Shown piece by piece: positions 1 through 13,638 of a DNA stretch of 64,000 bases. The notes below the pieces were generated by a model. That model saw only the letters and a list, made by a program, of their open reading frames with translations. It was not told where the DNA came from and did no database searches. The DNA is from Octopus vulgaris (lineage: Eukaryota), in the NCBI GenBank assembly GCA_951406725.2, contig OX597837.1, positions 15,252,001-15,316,000 of the forward strand, in the 5' to 3' direction. The position numbers were made by a program, and so were the translations under genes. The number at the start of each line of letters is the position of its first letter. Position 1 is the first letter of the stretch.

Positions 1-114
1 TTTACGCGTATGTATCTATGTATGTGTGTGTATATATGTGTGTGCATGTATGAATGTATGTGTATGTATGCACGCACGCATGCATGCATGCATGTGTGTG
101 TGTATGTATGTAGT

Positions 115-436
115 GAAGGCGCGTGGCTAAGTGTTTAGAGTATTCGGTTCGCGATCGTAAGGTCGTATGTTCGAAACCTGGTGGTGCGTTGTATGCTTAA
201 GCAAGACACTTCATTCCATATTGTTCCAGTCCACTCAGTTGGCAAAAACAGGTCATAGCCGTATCTCTAAGGAGCCAGCCTCGTCACGTTCCATTTCACG
301 CTGAATCCCACTGAGAACTACGTTAAGAGCATGCATGTCTGTGGAGTACTCAGCCACTTGCACGTTAATTTCACGAGGCGGTTGTTCCGTTGATCAGATC
401 AAGTGGAACCCTCGTCGTCGTAACCGACGAAGTGCC
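115..436 (+). mobile_element. tRNA-derived CORE-type SINE (family C, GAAGGCGCGTGGCT head)
   Basis: A/B-box head and a CORE-like block (AGCAAGACACTT...CCACTCAG); the 3' part is shared with 10028-10243 and 61582-61910. Confidence 0.8.
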
Positions 437-548
437 AAGACTGTGCGCATGTATGCTTGTATGATGTATGTACATATGTGTATATATTAATGTAGGTAAG
501 CATCCTTCTATGTAACTATGTATATATATCTCTCTATCTATCTATCTA

Positions 549-645
<97 letters not shown>

Positions 646-931
646 GTACGTTCGTATATATGAATATATTAAATTTGCAACGAGTTATCGGGTTCGATCC
701 AGCAACAAACGTCATAACCCATTCAGTAGGGACCACTTTTTAACACATACTGTGTCACCCTGTTTCTGCTTGGCCATTACGTTTAGAATCACGTGTTGCC
801 ACGTGATTGGAGAATGCTCAGCCATTTACACGTTTGTTCAGGTGCAGATAATTCAGTTAATCAAACAACTGAATCCTCATTGTTGAACAATGGACATCCA
901 CAGCTACACACACACACACACACACACACAG

Positions 932-1273
932 ATGAGTAACGAAGATGTACAGGTGTCAATTCAAGTATGCATCTTCGTTACTTATTTATGACAGTTTTAT
1001 TAACATTACCGTCCCATTCTCACCGCTGTTCGCCTTCACTTATATAAGTAACCCTCTCTCTGTTAATACCTCAGACTAATACTTTTCGCAAACTTCTCAT
1101 TTTATCATATATTTCACCCAATACCCCTGGGGCGGGGTATATAAATTCTTATTGAAATCCAATAAGCCTATTATCGAACTAGATGTTGGTGCCACATGTA
1201 TGCAAAGTTTCGTGAACATTGGTTCGGTGGTTTAGGCACTAAGTTGGTAACAGATAGACAGACAGAAATAGGC

Positions 1274-1285
<12 letters not shown>
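932..1285 (-). mobile_element. Probable non-autonomous Helitron/Helentron (DINE-like) element
   Basis: Terminal hairpin at 932-985, an internal AAAGTTTCGTGAACATTGGTTCGGTGGTTT block and a (GACA)n-like tract followed by TA repeats, the usual layout of rolling-circle non-autonomous elements. Confidence 0.45.
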
Positions 1286-1330
<45 letters not shown>

Positions 1331-1929
1331 TTGGCTACACTTTAGTTCTTTCGTCCCTTCGGTCTTTTATTTCTGGTTCTTTTAAATGAAATACAATGGC
1401 GAGAAAGAGGAAGAGTGAGAGAGAGAGAGAGAGTGAGAGAGAGAGAGAGAGTGAGAGAGAGAGAGAGAGTGAGAGAGAGAGAGAGAGTGAGAGAGAGAGA
1501 GAGAAGGAGGGTGGTGGTGGTGGTGGGAGGTAATGGAAGAATAAAGTGAAAAAGTCAAGCCAACAACGGGTTGACGACCAAAGTGATACGAACTTTAATC
1601 TACATTCAAGAATAGCCAGAAATACAAACAGAAACACCACCCACCGCCATCACAACCCCTCTGCCCCCCCCCTCTTTCTACCACATTCATTTCTTGCTGA
1701 ACGAAAAAGAAAAAGAGAGGAAGGGGGGCGCTGTTTCTCCCTCTTCCTTTTCTTTCCTCTACCGACAACACAACAACAACAGCAACAACAACAACAACAA
1801 TCTGCTACGGTGTTTTTTCTTTCTTTATCTCATTTTTTAAAATTTTCTTCTTAACTTGTAACCAAACTGACTTTCTCTCGTCAATCTCTTTTCACTGACA
1901 TTGTTTTTTGTTACTGTGACATATTCGTT

Positions 1930-2000
<71 letters not shown>

Positions 2001-2073
2001 CATATATACACACACACACATATCTATATATATATATATATACACATATATATATACATATATATATATATAC

Positions 2074-2126
<53 letters not shown>

Positions 2127-3189
2127 CACATATATGTATGTATGTATATATATATATATATATATATTCACATACCTATACATATATTTTTATGTATTAG
2201 TGCGTATGTGAATACGTATATGTAAATATGTTTGCATATATGTATGCGTGTGTTTGTATATGTGTATGTGTTTGTGTATGTCTATATCTATATGTGTGCG
2301 TGTGCATGTGTGTTGTTCACACACTCGCTCCTACCCTTATATCACCTGCTCTTTGATTCATTTGGCTCGAGTTGCGCTTTGATATACGTCTGTCTTTTGT
2401 TATCGCCCTCCTCCCACGACCACCACCACCACCACCTCCATTTACAACAATTGTTATAGTTGCTTTTGCTGCTGCTGCTGCTACTGTTGATAATGATGAT
2501 GATGATGTTGAGGATGATGAGGGTGATGATGTCGATGGCTGCTGTGGTGATGGTGGTGGTGGTGGTGGTGGTGGTGAAGGCGATCTTTACTGTAATTTTA
2601 GCGATGCTAATGGTTATTGTTAATGTCGCCTCATCCGACGGCGTCACCGAAGCCTGAGACACCACCGCAAGCCACCGAATGGACTTCTACGCGGTCGCTT
2701 GTCCTACAAGAAATGATTCCTCAAATCATTCGCTATGTCCCTAAAAACAAAGAGAAGACACAGTACTATGTTGTCTAGAATTATTTACAAATAAGCAATG
2801 GTTACGGTCATAAGGCTTTTGGTCGTGGGCCTGCTCGTTCAGGGTTGATCTGGAGCCAAACAACAACAACCCATCATGTCCGCTTCTCCTCTTCTCCATC
2901 GCTCCTTTCATTGAATCTCACTTACCGATAATTTTTTACAATCTCTCATCACCTTATTACACTCTCCTCTGCTAGAAACCACACTCAATACTTCTGTCCA
3001 TATCCGTCCTGCCATTTGTAAACTATACTCTCTTGATATCATGCACAAACTAATTTTTCTCCCTAAATTAAAGTTTTTTCGGGTGCTACTCTATTTACGA
3101 CCTACCGTAAAGGACAATGCACTCTACCAAACAACCCACTTACGGCCTTCAATTAATTCCAGCTCATTTAGTTCTTCACACTTGCACCA

Positions 3190-3345
3190 TTGCTGGCCAG
3201 AGACTTTTACAAAATAATCTCAAATGAAGATGAAGTGGTGTCCTTTTTGAAAGAGCATAATCTTATTGACCAGGTAAGAAATGTACCTCCTTGTCATAAA
3301 TGCGGATCACAAAAGCAAGAAAAAAGAAAGAGGGATAGAACAGGA
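3190..3345 (+). mobile_element. N-terminal fragment of a Merlin/IS1595-like transposase
   Basis: FYKIISNEDEVVSFLKEHNLIDQVRNVPPCHKCGS resembles the E..A..FL...LL....CxxCG zinc-ribbon start of Merlin/ISXO2 transposases. No DDE domain follows. Confidence 0.5.
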
Positions 3346-5146
3346 GAACCTTGTGCGCCATGGAAAACGAACAACTGGTCTTATCTGTCCTGGGGTTCAA
3401 AAAAGGTAACATATATATTATATAAAGCAATTAATACGAAGCATTTTGAATTTTCCTAATCGATGCCTAGTATTTCATGGTTATAATTTCTCCACTTGAG
3501 GTGGACCTTAAAGCTGTATTGTAACCGCAAATGTTTCGACGAAATTCAGAGCTGGATAAAGCTCTGAGTCTCTAATGATTCCAATGGCAATAATTCATGG
3601 TAGCATGAATTCTTACATTTGAACAATAAATTTGAGTTTTGTATATCAGAGCCACTTTTGCGCTCTTCTGTTCATAGAATCAACGCTTGGAATTCAAAAC
3701 AAATCACATTCGTACGAGATCGCAGATTCTTATTCACTTTCAGAACAGGAATCAAAATCCGTCACCGATTCGACTTTGCCTTTCGTCATTTCGGGATCGA
3801 TGGAGTAAGCATCAGTTGAATACTGAGGTCAATGCCATCGATTAGCCCCAGCCCCACACAATTCCAGGTTTTTGCCAGCACGAGAAAGGATATACATTTG
3901 TTCAGAAAAAGCAAATAAAATATGAAAGTATTTATCGTATAATTACAATGAAATGAATATAAAAGTATATTACGACACAAATAACTCTGCAGAGGCAGCC
4001 ATGGTTGGAACAAGAACAAGAACAACAAGCATTATCAAAAGAGAAAAGAAGCATGGTCATTCTTCACCCACGTGACCTTATCTTATTACCCATCACTAAT
4101 TTATGCACCCATAAATTAGTTTGAAAGTTGTGCTCTGATTGGCTGTATGCAAATGAGTTCATAACTGGGGTCCGGAACTCTTGCGGGGGGAAAATTTCGT
4201 GACCTAGGACAAGGGAGAGTGGTCATGGTTTCACAGGCTCAGTGAGGCCAGTGTGAGGGAGTTCCTTAATGTTCAGTTTGAACCATCATACTTTAACACC
4301 TGCGGGAAAGAGTAGGGAAGGAGTTCCTTAGAACCAATGTTCGGGGAAGGATAGATTAAGTGTGAGGAGGGGGTTGGACACAACAAGGGTGATAGGAGGA
4401 GGAGGAGAGACGAGTTTTATAATTTTAATTTATCTGATTAGTACCGGATTTGACGACATAAGACATACGAACATGTTAGACGCATTTCAATTTCAGTTGC
4501 GAATATTAGGAAAGAGAGCGTCAGGGAAAACAATTAGTAGACTTGGGACAGTTTTTGAAAGAAAAAATGTGGGTCTTTTTGCTACTAAATAGAATAAATC
4601 GTTTTTGTTTTTTTTGTCTGTTCAATTTGAACGGTGTCGAGTTCACCGTGAGTTCGTTCTACGTCGTCAGACGATCAATGAATAATTTTATTTGGATACC
4701 TTGAGGAAATTGAGAGAGATAATGCTAAGGAAAAGGCGTAAGACATGGACGAAGCCCAGATGCAGCACCACATCAACGCATCTGCTCAAGAACCACTATT
4801 CCTCATCTGTGACATTTCTGACAATGCACCAGATGACTTTCGTCCTCCAGCCACCACCACCACCACCACCACCACCACCACCACCACCACCACCCTACTA
4901 AGCAGATTTGACCCCTGGGGGAAATTCACCTTGGCTGCTCGTCGATTTCAGGCGATAGAAGACATCGAATAAAATTCGCAACGAAAATTGCGAACTCCCC
5001 AAGAAATCGCGCTCCCAGGATGCGTTCCGAAACTGGATCGTCTGGAGCAGATGGGTTTCATCTGTGGGGGAAAGTATTTGGATTAAATTGAATGTAAAAC
5101 AATAAAATTTAATTTAAAATAAGTTGATTCGTTTTGAGCAGATATC

Positions 5147-5308
5147 TATTTCTTTATTACCCACAAGGGGCTAAACACAGAGGGGACAAACAAGGACAGA
5201 CATAGGTATTAAGTCGATTACATCGACCCCAGTGCGTAACTGGTACTTAATTTATCGACCCCGAAAGGATGAAAGGCAAAGTCGACCTCGGCGGAATTCG
5301 AACTCACA
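5147..5308 (-). mobile_element. 5'-truncated SINE family A with 15-bp TSD
   Basis: Matches the 3' part of 63158-63390; flanked by TTTTGAGCAGATATC at 5132-5146 and 5309-5323. Confidence 0.9.
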
Positions 5309-5765
5309 TTTTGAGCAGATATCGTACATACACATACGTGTGTGTGTGTGTGTGCACGTGTCTGTGTGTGTGCTAACATGGGTCTAAAAACCGATGTTTT
5401 TTTTTTATTTTGCAACATCTATGTCCCGTAAATATAGCAGTGCAACAAATAGCATTCGATAAAACTGAAATAATTACAACCATCGATTAAACTTAAGCTC
5501 CAGCATGGCCGCATTACTTTACTGACTGAAGCTAGTAAAACAATATAAAAAAGAAAATGAACAACAATAGGTGTGTGTGAGTGTCGGTGTGTACGTACAC
5601 AAGCATATGAGAAGGTACGTAAACATGTTTTATGCGTATAACTGAATTCACACTTTTGTTATTTTCAATGTGTTTGTGTTGTATATATATGTGTATATAT
5701 GTTATGTATTTCACTGTTTTACAACACATACACATATACAATCATGTGTGTGTGTGTGTGTGTGC

Positions 5766-5801
<36 letters not shown>

Positions 5802-6759
5802 ACTCACATATTATGTGTAGATGTATGTATATAAGTATGTACTGCCTCGTTTCTCAAGTTTAGGATTCTAATGAAATTTGAACAGCAGCCGGTAGAGATG
5901 AAAGCGAACGATTTCCGTTTGAAGTGGCCGGCATTTCTCCATAATCTTGTGTCTTTGTTGTGTTAGAGATTTTGAAGTCGTCTGCTACAACATGTCTGCT
6001 GCGTTCATACAGGCGACTCTAGGAAAGACGAAATGGAAAAATAATTTCAAGACATATAACGCTCCCTTACAATAAGCAACAAAAAAGAAAAACAACTCAC
6101 CAAACAAACCAACAACAACAAATTAAGCTTTCAATTCCACCACCCCATAAAATAAATAATAATAATAATAATAAAAAAGAGAATCATTTATATCTTTTCA
6201 GTAAGACTGAATTTCATTGAAGCAGACGTTTATTTTTTTCCAGATCTGTTGTTGGTGGTGGTGGAGGCAGCGGTGTTATTATTGTTCGTGTTTGTTTGTT
6301 TATTTTCTTGACTATTTGTTTTTTGTTTTGTGTAGGTTTTGTTTTGCTCTTTTCTTTGCTTTTCTATTCTTCATCTTTTCCCTTCTTCACTTATATTCTT
6401 TATATATTTATCATCCGTTTATCTCTCTTCGTCATCATCATCTTACATCTTTATTTTTTCTTTCCCCTTCCCCCCTCCCATCCTTTCCCATCGTCCTCCG
6501 CCGTCTTTCTTTCTCGTTATCCCTAATTCATTCATTCTTTCTTATTTCCTCCTTCATCAATTATTCCCGAATTCATCTTTTAATATATTTTTTTAAATTT
6601 TACATTTTTACATTTTTCTTCACCTTTTTGTTTCCTCCTCCTCCTCCCCTCCTCCTCCTCCCCCTCCTCCTCATCCTCTTCTTCTTCTTTTGTTACCGCT
6701 ACTTCCTTTCTCCTCCGTTTTATATTTTCTCCCTATACACCCTTCCATTTATTCTTCTA

Positions 6760-7512
6760 TCCATGCCCAAACCAATTCATCTACCTGTCCATCCACCCAT
6801 CCACCCGTCCATCCATCTACCCACCCCTCCATCCACCCTTCGATCCACCCCTCGATCAACACTCTCCATCAACTCTCCCTCCCTCATTCTATCCATTCAT
6901 ACATACCACCCTTCACCCATCCACCCAGCCATCCAACAATCAATCTATCCACCCAAACCCCCTCCCCCAGTCACCTAATCATACAATATCTAACATCCAG
7001 TCATCCACCCGTTCGCCATCCACCAGCGACTTATCCATCCATTCTTTCAACCAACCATCCACCTAGACATCAATCCATCCATCTATCCAAACACTAACGA
7101 TCAAATCCATCCAGATATTTCCCCAAACGCCAACCCATGCAGCCATCCACCCTTCCAACCGAATCACTCACCGATGTCTCCTTTCACTCATCCATCCACC
7201 CCGTTTATCTATCAATCCATCCGTCGATCCAACAACCGATCCGTTCATCGAACCATCCATCCACCCACTCCTCGATCCCTCCCTCCCCCATCCACCCATC
7301 TTTTCCACTTGTGCAATCATTCACCTTTTCATCCACCCAGTGACCCATCGATCCAAGGAAAATCCATCCACCCATTAGCTCACCCACCCACCATCCATCC
7401 CTCCATCCCTCCATCCATCCCTCCATCCCTCCATCCTTCCATCCATCCATCCATCCATCCCTCCATCCATTCATCCGTCCGTCCATCCACCCGCCCACCC
7501 ACCCACTCATGC
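6760..7512. repeat. Degenerate (CCAT)n-derived low-complexity tract
   Basis: Repeated CCATCCA/CCACCCA units over ~750 bp. Confidence 0.85.
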
Positions 7513-7721
7513 AGCCATCGAAGTGTGACGGGTGAGCGAACGGGTCTTTCACTTCCAAGGGAACACACAAACCATCATTTTCTGGTCGAAGAAGACATCA
7601 ATGAAAAAATCCAAAGAAAGCAGAAAGTTCGAAGGGAATCCTGGAAACCCGTCGCAGAATGGGTTTGGAACTGCATCACAGAATGGTAAGGGTCTCACAG
7701 TGCAACAGTTTGAGAGAACTC

Positions 7722-8018
7722 TCTTTTGCACTTACACATGTTTCAGTCATTGGAGTGCGGCCATGCAGGAGCACCACCTTGTAGGGTTGAGTCTGGTACT
7801 TAATGAGTCGATGCTTTTAACGGAGACGTAAACAAACCAACACCGGGTGTCAGGCGGTAGGGGGAACTAACACACACATGCGCACACGCACACAAACACA
7901 CACACGCACACATATATGCACAAATGTTTATATACGACGGGCTGCCAGTTTCCGTTTACCAAATTCACTCCCAAGGCAGTGGTCAGTCCGAGGCTATAAT
8001 GTCAGACACTTGTCTAAG
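7722..8018 (-). mobile_element. SINE family B fragment
   Basis: TGTTTCAGTCATTGG..GCGGCCATGC and GACGGGCT..CAGTTTCCGT blocks shared with 37554-37916. Confidence 0.7.
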
Positions 8019-8174
8019 AAGACAAGTCCACGTCATGAAGATTCTTAAAATAATAAAAAAGACGAGAAAAGGAAAAGAAAGAGAAAAGCGAGAAAGATTC
8101 GGTGATGAAAAGAATTTGACACCTGAGGACGACCAAAGATAAGACTGAGCGAAACATCGAATAGATTTAAATAT

Positions 8175-8372
8175 TGGCTTCAAATTTTGGCACAAGGCCA
8201 GAAATCTTAGGGAGCGGGTAAATCGACCCCAGTGCATGACTGGTATTTATTTTATCAGTCCCGAAACGATAAAAGGCGAAGTTGACTTTCGTGGAATTTG
8301 AACTCAGTATAGACAGAAGAATTGCCGTTAAGCATATTTCCCGCCGTGCTAACGATTCTGCCATTTCGCCGC
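8175..8372 (-). mobile_element. SINE family A copy
   Basis: TCGACCCCAGTG..CTGGTA, GGAATTTGAACTCAG and GCTAACGATTCTGCCA blocks. Confidence 0.75.
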
Positions 8373-8575
8373 TCTGTCCTTGGTAATATATAAAACAAGT
8401 CGAAAAAAAAAGGGGGGGGAAGGCAAACTAGAGGGAATATAAAATGTCTGTGTTTTTAGTTTTTTTTTTTTCTGTGACAATGCAATTGTTTTTAATCTTT
8501 TCGTTGGTAGATTGTTGTCAGCCGAGCTATGCTGCAGCATGTAGAATTGGTCTACTTCAGACACCGAAGCTGGAA

Positions 8576-8715
<140 letters not shown>

Positions 8716-8895
8716 CTACCCACTTTTATGTGTATATACCCAACATATGTCATAATGTCGGTGGTAATGGAGAGTCTTCCTGTCTGCCAGAAATAAATTC
8801 GAAACATTCTCACACCACTTTCATGCGAATAGATTCACTAAGAGACATACAAAGAGACAAACGTTCACTCAAATACACGTACACAGCTGCACAAT

Positions 8896-8939
<44 letters not shown>

Positions 8940-9014
8940 TTATACACATACAGGTATATACTTAAACGCACGTACGTAATATATATATACATATATAAAA
9001 TACTGTTGTAAATC

Positions 9015-9357
9015 TGCTGCTGAGACCCCCTTCGGTCATGACTGACCATGGGAAGGCACCTACAAAGTTACACTCCGAGGCACAAGTCTGGGCAAGGTTG
9101 TTTATGGAAGTCCAGCAGTTGCCCATGCATATCGGCCTCCCCTCTCTACGCCACCGATGTTATCCAAGGGAGAGGCAAAGGGGCCGATACAGCTTGGCAC
9201 CTGTGACTTCGCAACTCATTTCTACAGCTGAGTGAGGTGAAGCAACTTGAAATAAAGTGTCTTGCTCAAGAACACAACACACAGCCCGGTCCGGGATTCG
9301 AACTCATACCCTCACGATCGTAAACTCGACGCTCAAACCACTGAGCCATGCGCCTTC
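9015..9357 (-). mobile_element. Full-length CORE-type SINE (family C, alternative 3' end) with 13-bp TSD
   Basis: tRNA-like head at 9357, CORE block and short (CAG)n tail; ACTGTTGTAAATC duplicated at 9002-9014 and 9358-9370; paralogue at 59467-59738. Confidence 0.9.
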
Positions 9358-9972
9358 ACTGTTGTAAATCAGTGTACACATTTTTTATATTATTTGTTTT
9401 AATTTTGTTGTATCTTGGGACGGTCATTATGCCAATTATAAATACACGCACTGGTTCTATTTCACTTTATTTATTATAATCTGTCTGTTGTCTTAACCAA
9501 CTTAATCGATTGTTTGAATAATGGTTCGGCCAATCAATCAATTAGGTAGATTTGTCAAAGTTCTTTCGTTTCCATCCATGACCTCATCAGTAACACCTTC
9601 TGAGAGGTTTGCGTCAGGCTTGCCGTTTAAGTTGTAAAATAATTAAATGACACGCTTGGTTTAGCTCGGTTTGGATTTTAAATACAAACGAACAACGATG
9701 GATTTCCTTCAAAACTTTATTTTCTTTTTGTTTTGGCTTTTGAATACAAAGTAAAAATGTCGAAGGAATTTAAAAGTTTTTGGTGTGTCTTTTGGCACGG
9801 TTTCTATGTACGCGGTCCGTTGTAATTTTAGAAACAGGCTCCGCCTCTGCGAAGGAGATGCGTGGTTGCCCGGTTTAAATAGCCAAATTGCGAAAGGAAG
9901 AAACATACAAAAACACAGAAAAAAAAGAAGAAATTGCAACATCTTCATAAGAAGGATCAATTCTGCTACATT

Positions 9973-10012
<40 letters not shown>

Positions 10013-10027
10013 TGTCACTCCTACGAA

Positions 10028-10243
10028 TGATCCAGTTAATCCGATCAACGGAACAGCCGGCACGTGAAATTAACGTGCAAGTGGCTGAAAGCTCCACAGA
10101 CACGTGTACTCTTAACGTAGTTCTCAGGGAAATTCAGTGTGACAAGGCTGGTCTTTTGAAATACAGGTACAACTTATTTTTGCCAGCCGAGTGGACTGGT
10201 GTAGCAGGAAATAAAATGCTTTGCTCAAGGGCTCAACGCGCCG
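10028..10243 (-). mobile_element. SINE family C, partial
   Basis: Reverse complement of the body of 115-436. Confidence 0.75.
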
Positions 10244-10328
10244 CCATATATCATGCTGACGACCTTGCGAGCGCCTTCACACACATTCATTCGCACATAG
10301 ACATCTCTCTCTCTCTCTTTTTATATAT

Positions 10329-10404
<76 letters not shown>

Positions 10405-10409
<5 letters not shown>

Positions 10410-10544
10410 CACCATGTCGCGTACATACGGTTGTGATGCATGTTCCTGGCGTACCTTTATCAGACGGGTAGTCATGATGGGTACACTGGGCTTCGTATAT
10501 TTTACCCCAGCGTCACTTCGATGGCATACACTGCTCCCTCACTC

Positions 10545-10581
<37 letters not shown>
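10405..10581 (+). mobile_element. 5'-truncated copy of (AAT)n-tailed retroposon
   Basis: Matches 49980-50141 and ends CACTC(AAT)n. Confidence 0.8.
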
Positions 10582-10839
10582 GGTTTCAAATTTTGGCATG
10601 TGGCTAGGAGGTTCGTGATGGAGGTGGGAATTGATTACATCGACCACAGGGTCCGACTGGTACTTATTTTATCGATCTCGAAAAGATGAGAAGCAAAGTC
10701 GACCTCGGCGGAATTTGAAGTGTGGACATAAAGATAGAACGAAATGCCATTAAATAATACAAACAACTTCTTTATTTGTCAGAAGGGCAAATGATAGGAA
10801 ACGAAAAATCTACCTCCAGCTCATAATAATAACAGTAGC

Positions 10840-10879
10840 ATTATTATTATTATTATTATCATTATTATTATTATTATTA

Positions 10880-10949
<70 letters not shown>

Positions 10950-11003
10950 TATTATTATTATTATTATCATTATTAATATTATTATCATCATTATTATTAT
11001 TAC

Positions 11004-11048
<45 letters not shown>

Positions 11049-11113
11049 CATTATTATTATCATTATTATCATTATTAATATTATTATCATCATTATTATT
11101 ATTACTATTATTA

Positions 11114-11201
<88 letters not shown>

Positions 11202-11263
11202 CATTATTATCATTATTAATATTATTATCATCATTATTATTATTACTATTATTATCATTATTA

Positions 11264-11322
<59 letters not shown>

Positions 11323-11379
11323 CATTATTATTATCATTATTATCATTATTAATATTATTATCATCATTATTATTATTAC

Positions 11380-11427
<48 letters not shown>

Positions 11428-11484
11428 CATTATTATTATCATTATTATCATTATTAATATTATTATCATCATTATTATTATTAC

Positions 11485-11580
<96 letters not shown>

Positions 11581-11621
11581 CATTATTATTATTATTATTA
11601 TCATTATTATTATTATTATTA

Positions 11622-11718
<97 letters not shown>

Positions 11719-11754
11719 CATTATTAATATTATTATCATCATTATTATTATTAC

Positions 11755-11802
<48 letters not shown>

Positions 11803-11853
11803 CATTATTATTATCATTATTATTATTATTATCATCATCATTATTATTATTAC

Positions 11854-11945
<92 letters not shown>

Positions 11946-11966
11946 CATCATCATTATTATTATTAC

Positions 11967-12023
<57 letters not shown>

Positions 12024-12059
12024 CATTATTATTATTATTATCATCATCATTATTATTAC

Positions 12060-12101
<42 letters not shown>

Positions 12102-12136
12102 CATTATTAATATTATTATCATCATCATTATTATTA

Positions 12137-12194
<58 letters not shown>

Positions 12195-12258
12195 CATTAT
12201 TATTATTATCATTATTATTATTATTATCATTATTATTATTATCATTATCATTATCATT

Positions 12259-12314
<56 letters not shown>

Positions 12315-12360
12315 TATTATTATTATCATTATTATTATTATTATCATTATTATTATTATC

Positions 12361-12392
<32 letters not shown>

Positions 12393-12413
12393 TATTATCA
12401 TTATTATTATTAA

Positions 12414-12458
<45 letters not shown>

Positions 12459-12493
12459 CATTATTAATATTATTATCATCATCATTATTATTA

Positions 12494-12557
<64 letters not shown>

Positions 12558-12621
12558 CATTATTATTATTATCATTATTATTATTATTATCATTATTATT
12601 ATTATCATTATCATTATCATT

Positions 12622-12695
<74 letters not shown>

Positions 12696-12727
12696 CATTA
12701 TTATCATTATTATTATTATTATCATTA

Positions 12728-12758
<31 letters not shown>

Positions 12759-12775
12759 TATTATCATTATTATTA

Positions 12776-12812
<37 letters not shown>

Positions 12813-12853
12813 CATTATTATTATCATTATTATTATTATTATTATTATTGTTA
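10840..12853. repeat. ~2 kb compound (ATT)n trinucleotide array
   Basis: ATT units interrupted by ATC/ACT/AAT variants in recurring order. Confidence 0.98.
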
Positions 12854-13235
12854 TGACGACGACGAGATGGGCGACGATGATAACATCAACACAGACCACA
12901 ACATTAACAACAATACAAAAAGTAAGTAACAAGTAGTGGGAAGGGGGAGGGGGTAAGAGGAAGAGGAAGAAGCAAAGAGAAAGAAGCCGAAACCGTTGAA
13001 TTGTAGAGAAGAGTGGTGTCTGTGTGTCGGCTTTGCTTTAATGTTGGCTTTCAGATAAAAGGAAATTAGATCAGCCTGTAGCGACTTTAAGATACAGGCG
13101 GAGAAAGGGGTGTGTGCGTGTGTGTATGGGTACCTGTGTGTATAGGTGTGTGTGTGTGTGTTTTGGATATGTGTGTGTATGAGTGTGTATGTGTATGTAT
13201 ATATATATATATTATATATTATATATGTGTGTGTG

Positions 13236-13270
<35 letters not shown>

Positions 13271-13605
13271 ATATTTATATATATATGTGTGTATATATAT
13301 ATATATACATATATGTGTGTGTGTGTGTGAGTATGTATTTATGTATGTATATATATATAAATATTTGTATACAAATATGTCTTTATTTACACACACACAC
13401 ATATACACACATATATGTGTGTGTATACAGAAATAGAGGAGGTAGAGGTAGAGAAAAAGAGAGAAGAGAGAGAGAGAGAAGAGGGGGAAGAGGGAGAGGG
13501 AGACATAATGAAAAATATATATAATAGGTAATTACGTAGTATAATGTGTGTATGTGTATATGTGTATATGTGTGTGTGCGTGTGTGTGTGTGCGTGTGTA
13601 CGTGC

Positions 13606-13638
<33 letters not shown>

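Noticed and set aside
115-190. SINE heads as functional tRNA genes (also 61582, 37158, 63158)
   Set aside because: A/B boxes are present, but there is no complete cloverleaf and they continue into multi-copy SINE bodies.
3530-3585. Hairpin CAGAGCT/AGCTCTG followed by CGAAAC on the minus strand
   Set aside because: No recognisable CTGANGA core; at best a badly decayed hammerhead.
8128-8160. CTGAGGA...CGAAAC hammerhead-like spacing
   Set aside because: No convincing stem I, II or III pairing.
10810-12932. 343-aa and 341-aa Ile-rich ORFs, the longest in the track
   Set aside because: Reading frames of the (ATT)n array.
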